Shown: positions 19,374-28,198 of the stretch, in pieces
How positions within the stretch are numbered: position 1 is the first letter of the stretch
How the letters are laid out: each line of letters starts with the position of its first letter
From: a virus
Taxonomy: Duplodnaviria > Heunggongvirae > Uroviricota > Caudoviricetes
Reading direction: 5' to 3' (one strand)
Length of the DNA: 42,915 bases
IMG/VR virus record: IMGVR_UViG_2579779116_000016
Location: 1-42,915 of that record
Notes under the pieces: model-generated
Told to the model about the DNA's origin: nothing
The model's database searches: none
The model's input: the letters and a program-made list of their open reading frames with translations, nothing else
Program-made: the position numbers and the translations under genes

Positions 19374-20789
19374 TCAACCTACACCACAAGGAATTGAGTA
19401 ACTGGAATAGTCGGGTTGCGCAGCCGACTCCGGGCAATGCATACACATCATCAGCGCATCAGCCAGGTTAGGAGATGGAATACCGAGCTTCTGCTTCATT
19501 TCGACCTTAGTCATAAGCTCCAGCTTCCCGTTATTATTGAATTTGCGCTGAATCTGCGTCAGTTCTGCAAACAGCTTCTCCAGCATCTTCTCGCCTATCG
19601 CTTCTTTGTCGAAACTCAGCATGTCGTCGGGGTCTGCATACTCACCGTGGACAACCGCCCGATATGTCAGATACAGCCTGTCAGCCAGCGCGTAATAGAA
19701 TTGCGCTCGCTTATTGCGGAACACATCGCCAATAGTGCGAACGTTGTCGCCCTGTACGACTTCATCAGCCCATGCTCCGGCCTGATACGGTGCATCTTCA
19801 TCGAATGGCGATTCGCTGCCCTTGAACATCGTGGCGGTGATTTTCTTACCGGAGAATGCTTCCGTTGTCTGTCTGCGCAGCCCCGCACCAACACCATCAC
19901 CATCCCACAAATAGTGGTCAGCGCCGTCTTTAATAGCCAGCGAAGTTGCCCAGTCAGCACCTTCATTGATGTCCATCAGCAGACCTTCGGCAATGCGCTT
20001 AACTACCGAACCGTGACGCGATGCATAACCTTTAGCATCTGGCCCTGTATCTGATGGGTCATGCGCAGAGACAACAGCGCCTTTCGCTTTCCATCCGAGT
20101 TTCTTGTGCGCATCGGTTGCGGCTTCAAGCCATTCACGTTTGATGATTGCCATATCACTTGCGCTTACTGGCTCACCAAGCCAGATGTGACGATATAGTG
20201 TCGGATTTCTGCGTTTGCACTCTTCCATCTCCAGACGGAGAACTTCAGGAAAGTGCGGGTTGTCGGTGTAGTTCACTGTCAGCAGGCAAATATCATCAGG
20301 AGGATTTACGACGAATCGCTGATAGGTATCGTCGAGGATGTTCTTAGGGTTAAAGCTCACCCATATTTCTGAAAACGGCTTGCGGATGGTTGGTATCAGG
20401 ATATCCCATGATTCCTTCGTTACCGCTTCCGCTTCTTCCACCCAGCAGATATCAATGCCTTCGAGCGATTTAATCTTCGTAGGGTTGTTTTTGATGCCGT
20501 AGAACATGAATTCAGCATTCGTTCCGAGATGACGAATCATTGAACGCTGAATTTCAAACTCAGCCGAATACCCTTCCCGCTCGATGGTGTCTTCAAGCAA
20601 CCGGATTACCGAATCGCTGATACTGTTTTGCAGTTCACGAGCGCAGAGAATACGCACAGGCTGCCGACGCGCCGCTTCAACAAGCAGCCTCGCAATTGCC
20701 CATGATTTGCCGCTACCTCGACCGCCTTTGGCGACTTTGTAGCGATGCGCCTCAATGAACGGTTCAAAGATAGGATTAATCGAGGTCAT
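19374..20789 (-). CDS. Terminase large subunit
   Basis: 471 aa; Walker A KVAKGGRGSGKSWA near the N-terminus; C-terminal nuclease-like region; overlaps terS stop. Confidence 0.93.
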   Translation of the reverse strand: MTSINPIFEPFIEAHRYKVAKGGRGSGKSWAIARLLVEAARRQPVRILCARELQNSISDSVIRLLEDTIEREGYSAEFEIQRSMIRHLGTNAEFMFYGIKNNPTKIKSLEGIDICWVEEAEAVTKESWDILIPTIRKPFSEIWVSFNPKNILDDTYQRFVVNPPDDICLLTVNYTDNPHFPEVLRLEMEECKRRNPTLYRHIWLGEPVSASDMAIIKREWLEAATDAHKKLGWKAKGAVVSAHDPSDTGPDAKGYASRHGSVVKRIAEGLLMDINEGADWATSLAIKDGADHYLWDGDGVGAGLRRQTTEAFSGKKITATMFKGSESPFDEDAPYQAGAWADEVVQGDNVRTIGDVFRNKRAQFYYALADRLYLTYRAVVHGEYADPDDMLSFDKEAIGEKMLEKLFAELTQIQRKFNNNGKLELMTKVEMKQKLGIPSPNLADALMMCMHCPESAAQPDYSSYSIPCGVG

Positions 20790-21214
20790 TTTCCGAATAG
20801 AGTGCTCATCGGTGATGTTTCAATCTGAATTGCGCCGCCGTCCTTACCGACAAGCTCGTTAGTTACCTTGTCGCCATACTTACGGGGATTCATTCGGGCC
20901 AGCGCCCATTTGCGGGTATCAACGCGAAGTCTTGCCTTTGCCACCTCAGCAGCATCTGGAATCGCAGTGTCAGCAATTTCGAATATCTCTTCGAAAATAG
21001 AATCAGCTCGTGCCTCAGTTGCCTTCGCGTACTTGTCGCGAAAATCCTCATGCTTTGCCAACCAGCGGAAAACAGTGGACTTATCCGGCATACCAGGACG
21101 CTTACATACTTTCAGCAAACTTTCGCCAGAAGAAAGCAACGAGCAGATATCGTCAGCCACCTCCGGCATATAATCAGAGGGGCGACCAGCTTTTGGTTCA
21201 GTCGCCATATTCAT
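20786..21214 (-). CDS. Terminase small subunit (Sf6-type)
   Basis: 142 aa; position directly upstream of terL with overlapping stop/start; N-terminal HTH-like segment. Confidence 0.8.
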   Translation of the reverse strand: MNMATEPKAGRPSDYMPEVADDICSLLSSGESLLKVCKRPGMPDKSTVFRWLAKHEDFRDKYAKATEARADSIFEEIFEIADTAIPDAAEVAKARLRVDTRKWALARMNPRKYGDKVTNELVGKDGGAIQIETSPMSTLFGK

Positions 21215-21231
21215 CTCACTTAATCGTTATT

Positions 21232-21411
21232 TCAGGCTGAGGACTCTTTCGCGCTTTCAATCAGTGACTGCTTCAGCAATTCGAGTGTGCCAATCGCCTC
21301 GCATAAACTGATTTCACCATCGTAATCATGGATGACGCTTTCCAGCCGCTCATATAGCTCTTGAGTAATTGGGAATTTCTTCTCCTTACCAAGATCAACG
21401 ACGCTTGTCAT
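21232..21411 (-). CDS. Small hypothetical protein (59 aa)
   Basis: ATG at 21411, TGA at 21232-21234, translated by hand as MTSVVDLGKEKKFPITQELYERLESVIHDYDGEISLCEAIGTLELLKQSLIESAKESSA; below the ORF-track size cutoff. Confidence 0.4.
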   Translation of the reverse strand: MTSVVDLGKEKKFPITQELYERLESVIHDYDGEISLCEAIGTLELLKQSLIESAKESSA

Positions 21412-21420
21412 AGAGGATTC

Positions 21421-21708
21421 CTATAATTTTGAATATCCAGACTCAAATACCTCAGCAGGAGAATATGATTCATATCCATCCTCATAGACAACGTAATAGC
21501 CTCCAGACATTGGTCGGTGCTTACAGATATATTCCGCGCTAACATCAAATGCTGCGTATTTCTTATCATCCGGATGAATAATTGCTCCATAACTAGAAGA
21601 GCCAGTCTTACCAGACTGATCTGGGTTTGGCTTATGTTCTATAGAGCCAATCTTCAGGGCGCGAACTTTTTTGTGGCACTGGTATCTCGGCATTTCTTGT
21701 TCAGTCAT
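21421..21708 (-). CDS. Hypothetical protein (95 aa)
   Basis: ORF tightly packed between neighbours (3-bp gap to the upstream 80-aa ORF); no family assigned. Confidence 0.5.
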   Translation of the reverse strand: MTEQEMPRYQCHKKVRALKIGSIEHKPNPDQSGKTGSSSYGAIIHPDDKKYAAFDVSAEYICKHRPMSGGYYVVYEDGYESYSPAEVFESGYSKL

Positions 21709-21711
21709 CTC

Positions 21712-21954
21712 TTACACTCCGGTAGTGAACAGGTCTAACGCTTCCTTCGATTTACGCACCGCTTCGATAGTGCGGGTCGTGATATCTGAATTAGCGCCGC
21801 CTGACTGGAAGTGAATTTTGAATAGCTCAAGCTTCAGCTCGTCAGTGCCAATGAATTGAAATGCTTCCTCTGCGGCTGCGTTCTGGTTCATGACCAGCTT
21901 GTAAATCTCTAACTGGAATTTCTGTTCTTCAGTCATGGGAATAATCTCTGCCAT
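21712..21954 (-). CDS. Hypothetical protein (80 aa)
   Basis: ORF in the lysis-terminase interval; P22 carries an 80-codon ORF at the same position by recollection. Confidence 0.5.
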   Translation of the reverse strand: MAEIIPMTEEQKFQLEIYKLVMNQNAAAEEAFQFIGTDELKLELFKIHFQSGGANSDITTRTIEAVRKSKEALDLFTTGV

Positions 21955-22201
21955 TGTTGGCTCCGTTTATCCGTTAAAAGGGATATCAGTTAAGTTATCC
22001 CGTGTAGGGTATAAGCCATTGTCGAGACCACTCATTGAATGGTCTCTGCAATAACCGATGTCTTTCCATCAGTCCGCCACCACAAAGAATCTTTTTTGCC
22101 ATAAGGCTGGAGGTTCATCTTTCAGTGGCTGCCAGTGTTATTTCCCCACTTACTGGCTTGGGTTGTTTCGCTGTACTGCCGTTAATTAGTGAGTCCGGGG
22201 A

Positions 22202-22687
22202 TTATTTCAGTTCGTTACCAGGCATTTCTTTTAGCTCTTTCAAATGACAACGATTGAGGCTAAACCACTCCCCGTGCGACCTATAGTTGTAATATTTTTG
22301 GTGCAATTTGGTTTCAAGCTCTCTATCGGCCGGAATCTTTGCAATTAGATTTAGCTTCCCACCACTCATGCGAGATATCTCTGAAATTCGTTTATTAACC
22401 CTGCGACTAAACCCTATTTTTGTTAGCCCACTATCTTCAGCATGCAGAACGTACACATATGATTTTTGCGAAGCACTGGGTGCGACTTTGTTGTAATTAA
22501 TCATGTCAAACATGAAGCCTTGCTTTAGCAAAGTTTCAAAAAAGATAGAATTAACACACCCATTCCTTCTCAGCTCTGCACTTAGCTTGTCAATTTCCTC
22601 TATGATGTCGCCAGACCCCTTTCCACTTATAAGAAAATCTTGGTACATGCGACCAATTCTTGAGGTAATTTCAACAAAGTTATTCAT
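22202..22687 (-). CDS. T5orf172 (GIY-YIG-like) domain protein, cargo gene between lysis and packaging modules
   Basis: 161 aa, AT-rich; C-terminal half YVYVLHAEDSGLTKIGFSRRVNKRISEI...KLNLIAKIPADRELETKLHQKYYNYRSHGEWFSLN matches the YVY-L..KIG.S/T..R...L...E..LH...R..GEWF pattern of the T5orf172/MUG113 domain. Confidence 0.6.
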   Translation of the reverse strand: MNNFVEITSRIGRMYQDFLISGKGSGDIIEEIDKLSAELRRNGCVNSIFFETLLKQGFMFDMINYNKVAPSASQKSYVYVLHAEDSGLTKIGFSRRVNKRISEISRMSGGKLNLIAKIPADRELETKLHQKYYNYRSHGEWFSLNRCHLKELKEMPGNELK

Positions 22688-22833
22688 AGCGTTTACCTTT
22701 TAGAAAGATGAGCCTGTTCGCACAGAAAAGCCGTCCCCGAGATGGTCGCCACCATATACGGCAATTCTCAGGCTCAGCTTTCTGAAAGACTCGGGATTGT
22801 TACGCGCTGCGATGCGCGGTTTACTGCAGATGT

Positions 22834-22857
22834 AAAAAAGCCCCGCAAATGCGAGGC
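22834..22857 (-). terminator. Intrinsic terminator-like hairpin downstream of Rz
   Basis: Minus-strand RNA GCCUCGCA-UU-UGCGGGGC followed by UUUUUU. Confidence 0.45.
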
Positions 22858-23031
22858 TAAATCCTGGTATTTGTAATGACTGGCTCTTATCTCAACGCAG
22901 CCCCTTACCGCGCGCCAGATACTCAATATCAAGCATCAGCAATGAGATGTTTAATCTGGATTCACTCCAGAAGTGATCATCACCCTGTCTACAGAGCCAG
23001 ATGTGAAGGATGATGAGTAAAATTATCGCTA

Positions 23032-23469
23032 TCATCGAAGGCATTGCGTCCTGATGTATTCCTGCAGGTAGTTAACCTGCGCGGTTATCCTGTCGATTCC
23101 ACTTCTGAGACGGTAATAATTGAGTTCAGCATCTGCTGTAAGTCCTGGGTTTTCTCCATCGCCCATGCCGCTGGCTCCGGTCGTTGACTTTGCACAGGTG
23201 GCGGCGACTTGCAGGCGCTTACGCCCAGCAGAAACATCAGCACGGAGACTTTCGATAGTCGCGTTAGCATCAGCAAGCTCCTTTGTGTATCTGGCGTCGA
23301 GTTCTGCTACATCACGTTGACGCTTCTGCATGTCAGCGATTGTGGATGTGGCCTTATCGCGCTGCTCTTTGTAGGTCATGGCGTTATCACGGTAATGATT
23401 AACAGCCCATGACAGGCTGACGATGATGCAGATAACCAGAGCGGAGATAATCGCGGTGACTCTGCTCAT
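23032..23469 (-). CDS. Rz: Spanin, inner-membrane subunit Rz
   Basis: 145 aa; N-terminal [32 protein letters not shown], coiled coil; close to lambda Rz. Confidence 0.9.
   Translation of the reverse strand: MSRVTAIISALVICIIVSLSWAVNHYRDNAMTYKEQRDKATSTIADMQKRQRDVAELDARYTKELADANATIESLRADVSAGRKRLQVAATCAKSTTGASGMGDGENPGLTADAELNYYRLRSGIDRITAQVNYLQEYIRTQCLR
23085..23276 (-). CDS. Rz1: Spanin, outer-membrane lipoprotein subunit Rz1 (embedded in Rz, +1 frame)
   Basis: Embedded ORF with lipobox LLGVSAC followed by Pro-rich segment [16 protein letters not shown], as in lambda Rz1; exact start uncertain (first or third Met). Confidence 0.8.
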   Translation of the reverse strand: MLMLTRLSKVSVLMFLLGVSACKSPPPVQSQRPEPAAWAMEKTQDLQQMLNSIITVSEVESTG

Positions 23470-23942
23470 ACCTCAATCTCTCTGACCGTTCCGCCAGCTT
23501 CTTTGAATTTTGCAATCAGGCTGTCAACCTTATGCTCGAACTGACCGTAACCAGCCCCCGGCAGTGAAGCCCAGATATTGCTGCAACGGTCGATTGCCTG
23601 ACGGATATCACCGCGATCAATCATCGGTAAAGCGCCACGCTCTTTAATCTGCTGCAATGCCACTGCGTCCTGGCTTTTCGGAGAGAAGTCTTTCAGACCA
23701 AGCTGCTTACGGTAGGCATCCCACCAACGGGAAAGAAGCTGATAGCGACCGGCTGCTGTTGATTTGAGTTTTGGGTTTAGCGTGACAAGTTTGCGAGGGT
23801 GATCGGAGTAATCAGTGAATAGCTCTCCGCCTACAATGACGTCATAACCATGATTTCTGGTTTTCTGACGTCCGTTATCAGTTCCCTCTGACCACGCCAG
23901 CATATCGAGGAACGCCTTACGTTGATTATTGATTTCCACCAT
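23466..23942 (-). CDS. R: Endolysin, lambda R-type lytic transglycosylase
   Basis: 158 aa, [51 protein letters not shown]..., near-identical to lambda R by recollection. Confidence 0.95.
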   Translation of the reverse strand: MVEINNQRKAFLDMLAWSEGTDNGRQKTRNHGYDVIVGGELFTDYSDHPRKLVTLNPKLKSTAAGRYQLLSRWWDAYRKQLGLKDFSPKSQDAVALQQIKERGALPMIDRGDIRQAIDRCSNIWASLPGAGYGQFEHKVDSLIAKFKEAGGTVREIEV

Positions 23943-24249
23943 CTTCTACTCCGGCTTTTTTAGCAGCGAAGCGTTTGATAAGCGAACCAATCGAATCAGT
24001 GCCGATGTAGCCGATGAACACGCTCGTTATATAAGCGAGATTGCTACTTAGTCCGGCGAAGTCGAGAAGGTCACGAATGAACCAGGCGATAATGGCGCAC
24101 ATCGTTGCGTCGATTACTGTTTTTGTAAACGCACCGCCATTATATCTGCCGCGAAGGTACGCCATTGCAAACGCAAGGATTGCCCCGATGCCTTGTTCCT
24201 TTGCCGCGAGAATGGCGGCTAACAGGTCATGTTTTTCTGGCATCTTCAT
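23926..24249 (-). CDS. S: Holin, lambda S-type with dual-start (MKM) motif
   Basis: 107 aa [39 protein letters not shown]..., near-identical to lambda S107; two in-frame ATGs separated by a Lys codon. Confidence 0.95.
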   Translation of the reverse strand: MKMPEKHDLLAAILAAKEQGIGAILAFAMAYLRGRYNGGAFTKTVIDATMCAIIAWFIRDLLDFAGLSSNLAYITSVFIGYIGTDSIGSLIKRFAAKKAGVEDGGNQ

Positions 24250-24845
24250 GTCTTACCCCCAATAAGGGGATTTGCTCTATTTAATTAGGAATAAGGTCGA
24301 TTACTGATAGAACAAATCCAGGCTACTGTGTTTAGTAATCAGATTTGTTCGTGACCGATATGCACGGGCAAAACGGCAGGAGGTTGTTAGCGCAACCTCA
24401 TGCCGCCCGCTTTCACGAAGATCATGTGTAGAAGGCCGCAGCGTAACTATCACTGATGAATTCAGGATAGCCAGTGGCTACGGCTCAGTTTGGGTTGTGG
24501 CGGTCGGTGCTGAACTCCGACTTAATGACGATAGGCGTGTACCGACGCCTCGTTTTACTTCCTCCGCTTTCACGGCTTCACCCTAGACCAGCTTTACGAA
24601 ATCCTCGTAAACCTAACCGCGGCAGATATGACCGGCACGGTGTGCCATATCACGGACCGGCGGGTGTCTCGTTCACCTGATTAACGCATCAGCCTGCGTA
24701 TTCACCACAACGATAAGAGTACTGCGCGGCACCTTTCACCAATTCCGCGAGGTCTGCGGGTTCAATGCTCTTACCTGTTGTGCAAACAAAAAAGCCACCG
24801 TTGCAACTTAAGAGTCACTAACGGCAGCTTACCTTCTAATTATGG
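24250..24845 (-). promoter_or_regulatory. Late regulatory region between Q and S (pR', qut, tR'-equivalent leader)
   Basis: About 600-bp non-coding interval between Q and S; the S-proximal ~200 bp match my recollection of the lambda sequence upstream of S. Confidence 0.5.
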
Positions 24846-25364
24846 CTAAATGGATAATTGCATGTCAAGGCTTTTAACAGCAACATGCTTAACTTTCTCA
24901 ACACGTTTACGCATTTTGAAAGCATTTTGCATTGGCTGGTACAAAACAAATAACGACGCTTTCAGGATGTCGTCAATTTCGTTTCTACAGGTTGCCAGTG
25001 AAGGTTTTCTCCATCCCTCGCCACCACGTCCACACATCTTGCGTGGCTTTGCAGTCGCGTGATAGTAGGATGCAATTGCTCGCTTAGATGAACCATGAGC
25101 GTAGTAGCTGAGGAGGATGCCAAAGGCTTTCTTGTCAATGTACATGACGGAATCGACGACCTGAGAAATCAACATTCCATCATCATCATTACACATTGGC
25201 CTTGTCATAACTCTTCCCGGCTCTACGCTCTCCATGAACTTCGCTATTACGCTGCTCATGCGCTTTTCCAGACGACCTGAATAAACCCATGCGCCCCACA
25301 GTTCAAGCCAGCCATTCAGCCACTCGTGCTGTTCTTTGGTGAGGTTTAGTTCTCTTATGCTCAT
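24846..25364 (-). CDS. Q: Late-gene antiterminator Q (phage 21/82-like family, not lambda Q)
   Basis: 172 aa in the Q position between ninH and S; motifs LELWGAWVYSG and MCNDDDGMLISQVVD resemble phage 21-type Q by recollection. Confidence 0.7.
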   Translation of the reverse strand: MSIRELNLTKEQHEWLNGWLELWGAWVYSGRLEKRMSSVIAKFMESVEPGRVMTRPMCNDDDGMLISQVVDSVMYIDKKAFGILLSYYAHGSSKRAIASYYHATAKPRKMCGRGGEGWRKPSLATCRNEIDDILKASLFVLYQPMQNAFKMRKRVEKVKHVAVKSLDMQLSI

Positions 25365-25549
25365 CGCCTTCCCCTTTTGCCCTGTTTGACCATCAGGACG
25401 CCGTTAACTATTACGTGACGCTCGCCTTTGCTGTCTCGGTTGTACTTGAGCACTGTTCCTCTTGCGCAGGAAAGCATCCTCGCCACTTCGGTCTGATTGC
25501 CTCGTGTCTGGATAAGAAGCTCTGGTATCGTTTGAATTGTGGCGTTCAT
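25361..25549 (-). CDS. ninH: NinH-like protein
   Basis: 62 aa; GNQTEVAR.L.C.RGTV.KY...K...H.IVN.VLMV matches lambda NinH. Confidence 0.8.
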   Translation of the reverse strand: MNATIQTIPELLIQTRGNQTEVARMLSCARGTVLKYNRDSKGERHVIVNGVLMVKQGKRGRR

Positions 25550-25908
25550 ACGTTCTCCAGTTCGGTGATTTTTATTCCAAGCCGTCCGCCTGGTACTTTC
25601 ACACCACGAATTACGCGAATGTCATCGAATTGCTCGTCGTCTTCCGCAAATCCGGCGTGGATAAGGGAGTCGAGTAAACCTTTCAGGATGTTGTCGAGGT
25701 CGCGGCGGCGGGAGTCTGGAACGTCTGCGATGACTTTGATACGGAGTCGTGATTTGGTGAAAATGTCTAACTTGAGTTGGCGGATGATTTGCTGAACGTC
25801 TTTTCGGTATTTCTGGCCTTTATCGCTGATGTAGTATTGGCTTCCCCGTCTTCGCCAGTAGGTGTTCACCGACGGCGGGTATGGAAGCACAAACTGATAT
25901 TCGTTCAT
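25546..25908 (-). CDS. rusA: Holliday-junction resolvase RusA
   Basis: 120 aa; PPS.N.YWR...DLDN..K...D.L..AGF..DD.Q..D.RV..G...GGRL.I.I.E matches RusA family. Confidence 0.85.
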   Translation of the reverse strand: MNEYQFVLPYPPSVNTYWRRRGSQYYISDKGQKYRKDVQQIIRQLKLDIFTKSRLRIKVIADVPDSRRRDLDNILKGLLDSLIHAGFAEDDEQFDDIRVIRGVKVPGGRLGIKITELENV

Positions 25909-26195
25909 GGCTTAATCTTCCCCTCCTTCAGCAGTATCGCCTGCGTCCTGATCACGCCTTCGAGGTGGTAAAGTCTGGCGTCTTTGTTGTCGAGAATCAT
26001 TGTGCGTCGGTCGATTTCATCGTGACACGCGCTACAAGCCCATGCGCCGATCAGGTCGTCAGGCTTCATTCCAGTTCCGCAAATTCCAGCCATCCGGTAA
26101 TGTGCCAGAACTGTAGTTTCAGGATTACCATTGCATACGCCGTAAATACGTACCTGGCATTCTCTGCCGCGCGCTTCTTTGCGTAGGTTAACCAT
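25905..26195 (-). CDS. DUF1364-family protein (YbcO-like, putative nuclease of the nin region)
   Basis: 96 aa; RGRECQVRI.GVCNGNPET.VLAH.R..G.CGTG.KP.DL....ACSACHDEIDRR resembles DLP12 YbcO. Confidence 0.7.
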   Translation of the reverse strand: MVNLRKEARGRECQVRIYGVCNGNPETTVLAHYRMAGICGTGMKPDDLIGAWACSACHDEIDRRTMILDNKDARLYHLEGVIRTQAILLKEGKIKP

Positions 26196-26917
26196 TAAGC
26201 AGCCTCTCCTGTTACTTTCAGCATTCCGTTATCGAGCAGCTTTCTGGTCAGCCACTGTTGGCCACGTCCGGTGATTTTTGTAGTGAACGATATCTGTATT
26301 CCGTGATTTGTGTTGACCGCTGTTTCTTTCACTGTGAAATAGCCGCGATCCATATATTCCTGCATTGGCACATTGCGCCGGGAGCCTGAAGCAATAAGGA
26401 TTTTGTGATCGCGCATCCACGCAAACAGTTTGTTTGGACCAATACCAACAACCTTTGCAAAGTTTCCAATCAAAATTCCGCTGGCCTCGCCAACGCGATC
26501 GGCAAACTCAACTTTAGGTGCGGCAATTGCGAGCTGGTTTTCCAGCTGCATTTTCTGCTCAGCAAGATCAGCAGCAAGGCGCAACGCTTCTGGTAGCGTT
26601 TTGGGGATATTAACCGCAGATTCTTCAAGCTCTCGCCAGCGGTCAACAAGGCGAGCCGTGAACTCTGGCGACAACTGGGCTACAACGACAATACTGTCTC
26701 GCTTTCCTTGTTCGCCTTCGAATACATACACACAAAAACTTTGATTTAAGCCTAACCCATTGATTCTTCCACAATCCTCAATTTGAGGAAGCCGAATAAC
26801 ACCATTTTTAGCCAGCGTTTCGATGGTACGTTTCACATTGTCATGACGCTTACCAACCAACTCAGCGATTTCAATGCTTGTCATTTTGATGGCATTGCCA
26901 TTTATTAACTCATTCAT
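26195..26917 (-). CDS. Rha/Roi-family phage regulatory protein (DNA-binding N-domain plus antirepressor-like C-domain)
   Basis: 240-aa ORF in the nin region; N-terminal MTSIEIAELVGKRHDNVKRTIETL DNA-binding-like segment; family call from recollection of HK022 Roi-like proteins. Confidence 0.6.
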   Translation of the reverse strand: MNELINGNAIKMTSIEIAELVGKRHDNVKRTIETLAKNGVIRLPQIEDCGRINGLGLNQSFCVYVFEGEQGKRDSIVVVAQLSPEFTARLVDRWRELEESAVNIPKTLPEALRLAADLAEQKMQLENQLAIAAPKVEFADRVGEASGILIGNFAKVVGIGPNKLFAWMRDHKILIASGSRRNVPMQEYMDRGYFTVKETAVNTNHGIQISFTTKITGRGQQWLTRKLLDNGMLKVTGEAA

Positions 26918-26970
26918 CGTCTTCTTCCTCGTACATTGAGCTATTCGGATCGCTCATCAGTTCTGCGCAG

Positions 26971-27477
26971 TTATGGTCTGCCATGGTTTTCATGAAAACC
27001 CAGTTCTTTTTCTGCCCTCTTCCTTTCTGCAATAGCGTCAATGATGCTAGCAAATATTCCAAGATATTTGGTGCGCCCATCTACGCATATATTCGCAATC
27101 CACTTACATCTCTCTTTATTGAAATATACTCCAGTCACTCCTGACGAATTGGTTATTTTTCTCTTTTGGTTCTGTGCATTCTGTTGGTGTGTTACCAATC
27201 GAAGATTAGATAGCCTATTATCTGACCTTACTCCATTTATATGATCAATTTTATACCCTAATGGAATCTCACCATTATTTATCATCCATATAACGTGGTG
27301 AGCATAAGTAATTACACCATCGATAGTTAACATCCTATAACCATCACTCCTAATGTAACCAGCAACACTGCCAACCTTAACATTATTAGAAGGAGACACT
27401 TTCCATCTAAGTACACCTAAAACATCATCATATGATAATTTATTTCTTAATTCGTCTATGTTGCTTATATTTCTCAT
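26971..27477 (-). CDS. HNH homing-endonuclease-like protein with AP2-type DNA-binding domain
   Basis: 168 aa, AT-rich; HHVIWMINNGEIPLGYKIDHINGVRSDNRLSNLR..THQQN (HNH core) followed by GV.GVY.NKE..KW.A.I...G..K.LG.F (AP2-like); overlaps ninF 3' end. Confidence 0.7.
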   Translation of the reverse strand: MRNISNIDELRNKLSYDDVLGVLRWKVSPSNNVKVGSVAGYIRSDGYRMLTIDGVITYAHHVIWMINNGEIPLGYKIDHINGVRSDNRLSNLRLVTHQQNAQNQKRKITNSSGVTGVYFNKERCKWIANICVDGRTKYLGIFASIIDAIAERKRAEKELGFHENHGRP

Positions 27478-27625
27478 TATGTTCCACCATATTTAAGCAT
27501 TCATATATACAACGCTCACACACGTGAACTTCCAGCACATGCAGCTTCTGACCGCAGTTAGCGCACGTTAAAGCCCGCTCGACGCTTTCTTTCTGGTATT
27601 GAAGAGATTGGGATGGACTAAGCAT
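27440..27625 (-). CDS. ninF: NinF-like protein
   Basis: Internal ATG giving [37 protein letters not shown]..., matches lambda NinF N-terminus; track ORF is an upstream extension. Confidence 0.75.
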   Translation of the reverse strand: MLSPSQSLQYQKESVERALTCANCGQKLHVLEVHVCERCIYECLNMVEHNEKYKQHRRIKK

Positions 27626-28025
27626 GGCTTTCACCATTAAAAAGTCGCTTGTAAGCATCAATGTCTCGTTTTGCTTCACCAAGCTTTCGTCTTAATTCCA
27701 TGTTTTCTGATTCAAGTTTTTCCATGTCTTGTTGGTATCGATCGCGGTGTTCTTTCCATGCTTTTCGATACGCCTTCATGTATGTCGTATTGGCCTTTCT
27801 CTTTGCCTGACGAACTGCGTGGTGGTTTTCCACAAACCAGTCAGGGTCGTTAAATGCTGCTCTGGCGCATGTATACCAATAATTTGTTGCCTCCCTGTTT
27901 AGCCATAAAATACTGATAAATGGCAACTGGATAGACACCATTTTTCGTTGAGACTCTTTCTCGCCAAACATGTGCCCTTTTTTGATGCTAAGGCCAAATC
28001 CAGGTTGAATTAAAAGCATTGTCAT
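27618..28025 (-). CDS. Hypothetical nin-region protein with C-terminal coiled coil
   Basis: 135 aa from ATG at 28025 (ATGA overlap with ninE stop); C-terminal heptad-like [31 protein letters not shown]. Confidence 0.45.
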   Translation of the reverse strand: MTMLLIQPGFGLSIKKGHMFGEKESQRKMVSIQLPFISILWLNREATNYWYTCARAAFNDPDWFVENHHAVRQAKRKANTTYMKAYRKAWKEHRDRYQQDMEKLESENMELRRKLGEAKRDIDAYKRLFNGESHA

Positions 28026-28198
28026 TTCCTCGCACGATGTCTTAGCCACCGGATATCCCACAGGTGAGCCGTGTAATTGAAGGTTTTTACGTCAGATTCT
28101 TTTGGGATTGGCTTGCGTTTATTTCTGGAGCGTTTCGTTGGAAGGTATTTGCAGTTTTCGCAGATGATGTCGGTGAAACTTCGTCGCTGTCGCCTCAT
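28022..28198 (-). CDS. ninE: NinE-like protein
   Basis: 58 aa [58 protein letters not shown], lambda NinE-like. Confidence 0.8.
   Translation of the reverse strand: MRRQRRSFTDIICENCKYLPTKRSRNKRKPIPKESDVKTFNYTAHLWDIRWLRHRARK

Noticed and set aside
22035-22247. 70-aa plus-strand ORF between the T5orf172 gene and the 80-aa ORF
   Set aside because: No RBS, low-complexity product, opposite to the late operon; region contains a GAGACCA...TGGTCTC hairpin and is more likely non-coding.
24474-24680. 68-aa plus-strand ORF in the Q-S intergenic region
   Set aside because: Lies in the late leader (pR'/qut/tR'-equivalent) region; Arg/Pro-rich improbable product.
24250-24845. Possible tRNA genes between Q and S (common in some lambdoid phages)
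   Set aside because: No segment with the full set of acceptor, D, anticodon and T-arm features by eye; a GGTTCAATGC motif near 24760 lacks flanking complementary stems.
25415-25795. 126-aa plus-strand ORF across ninH/rusA
   Set aside because: Antisense to two conserved nin genes; Ser/Arg-rich low-complexity product.
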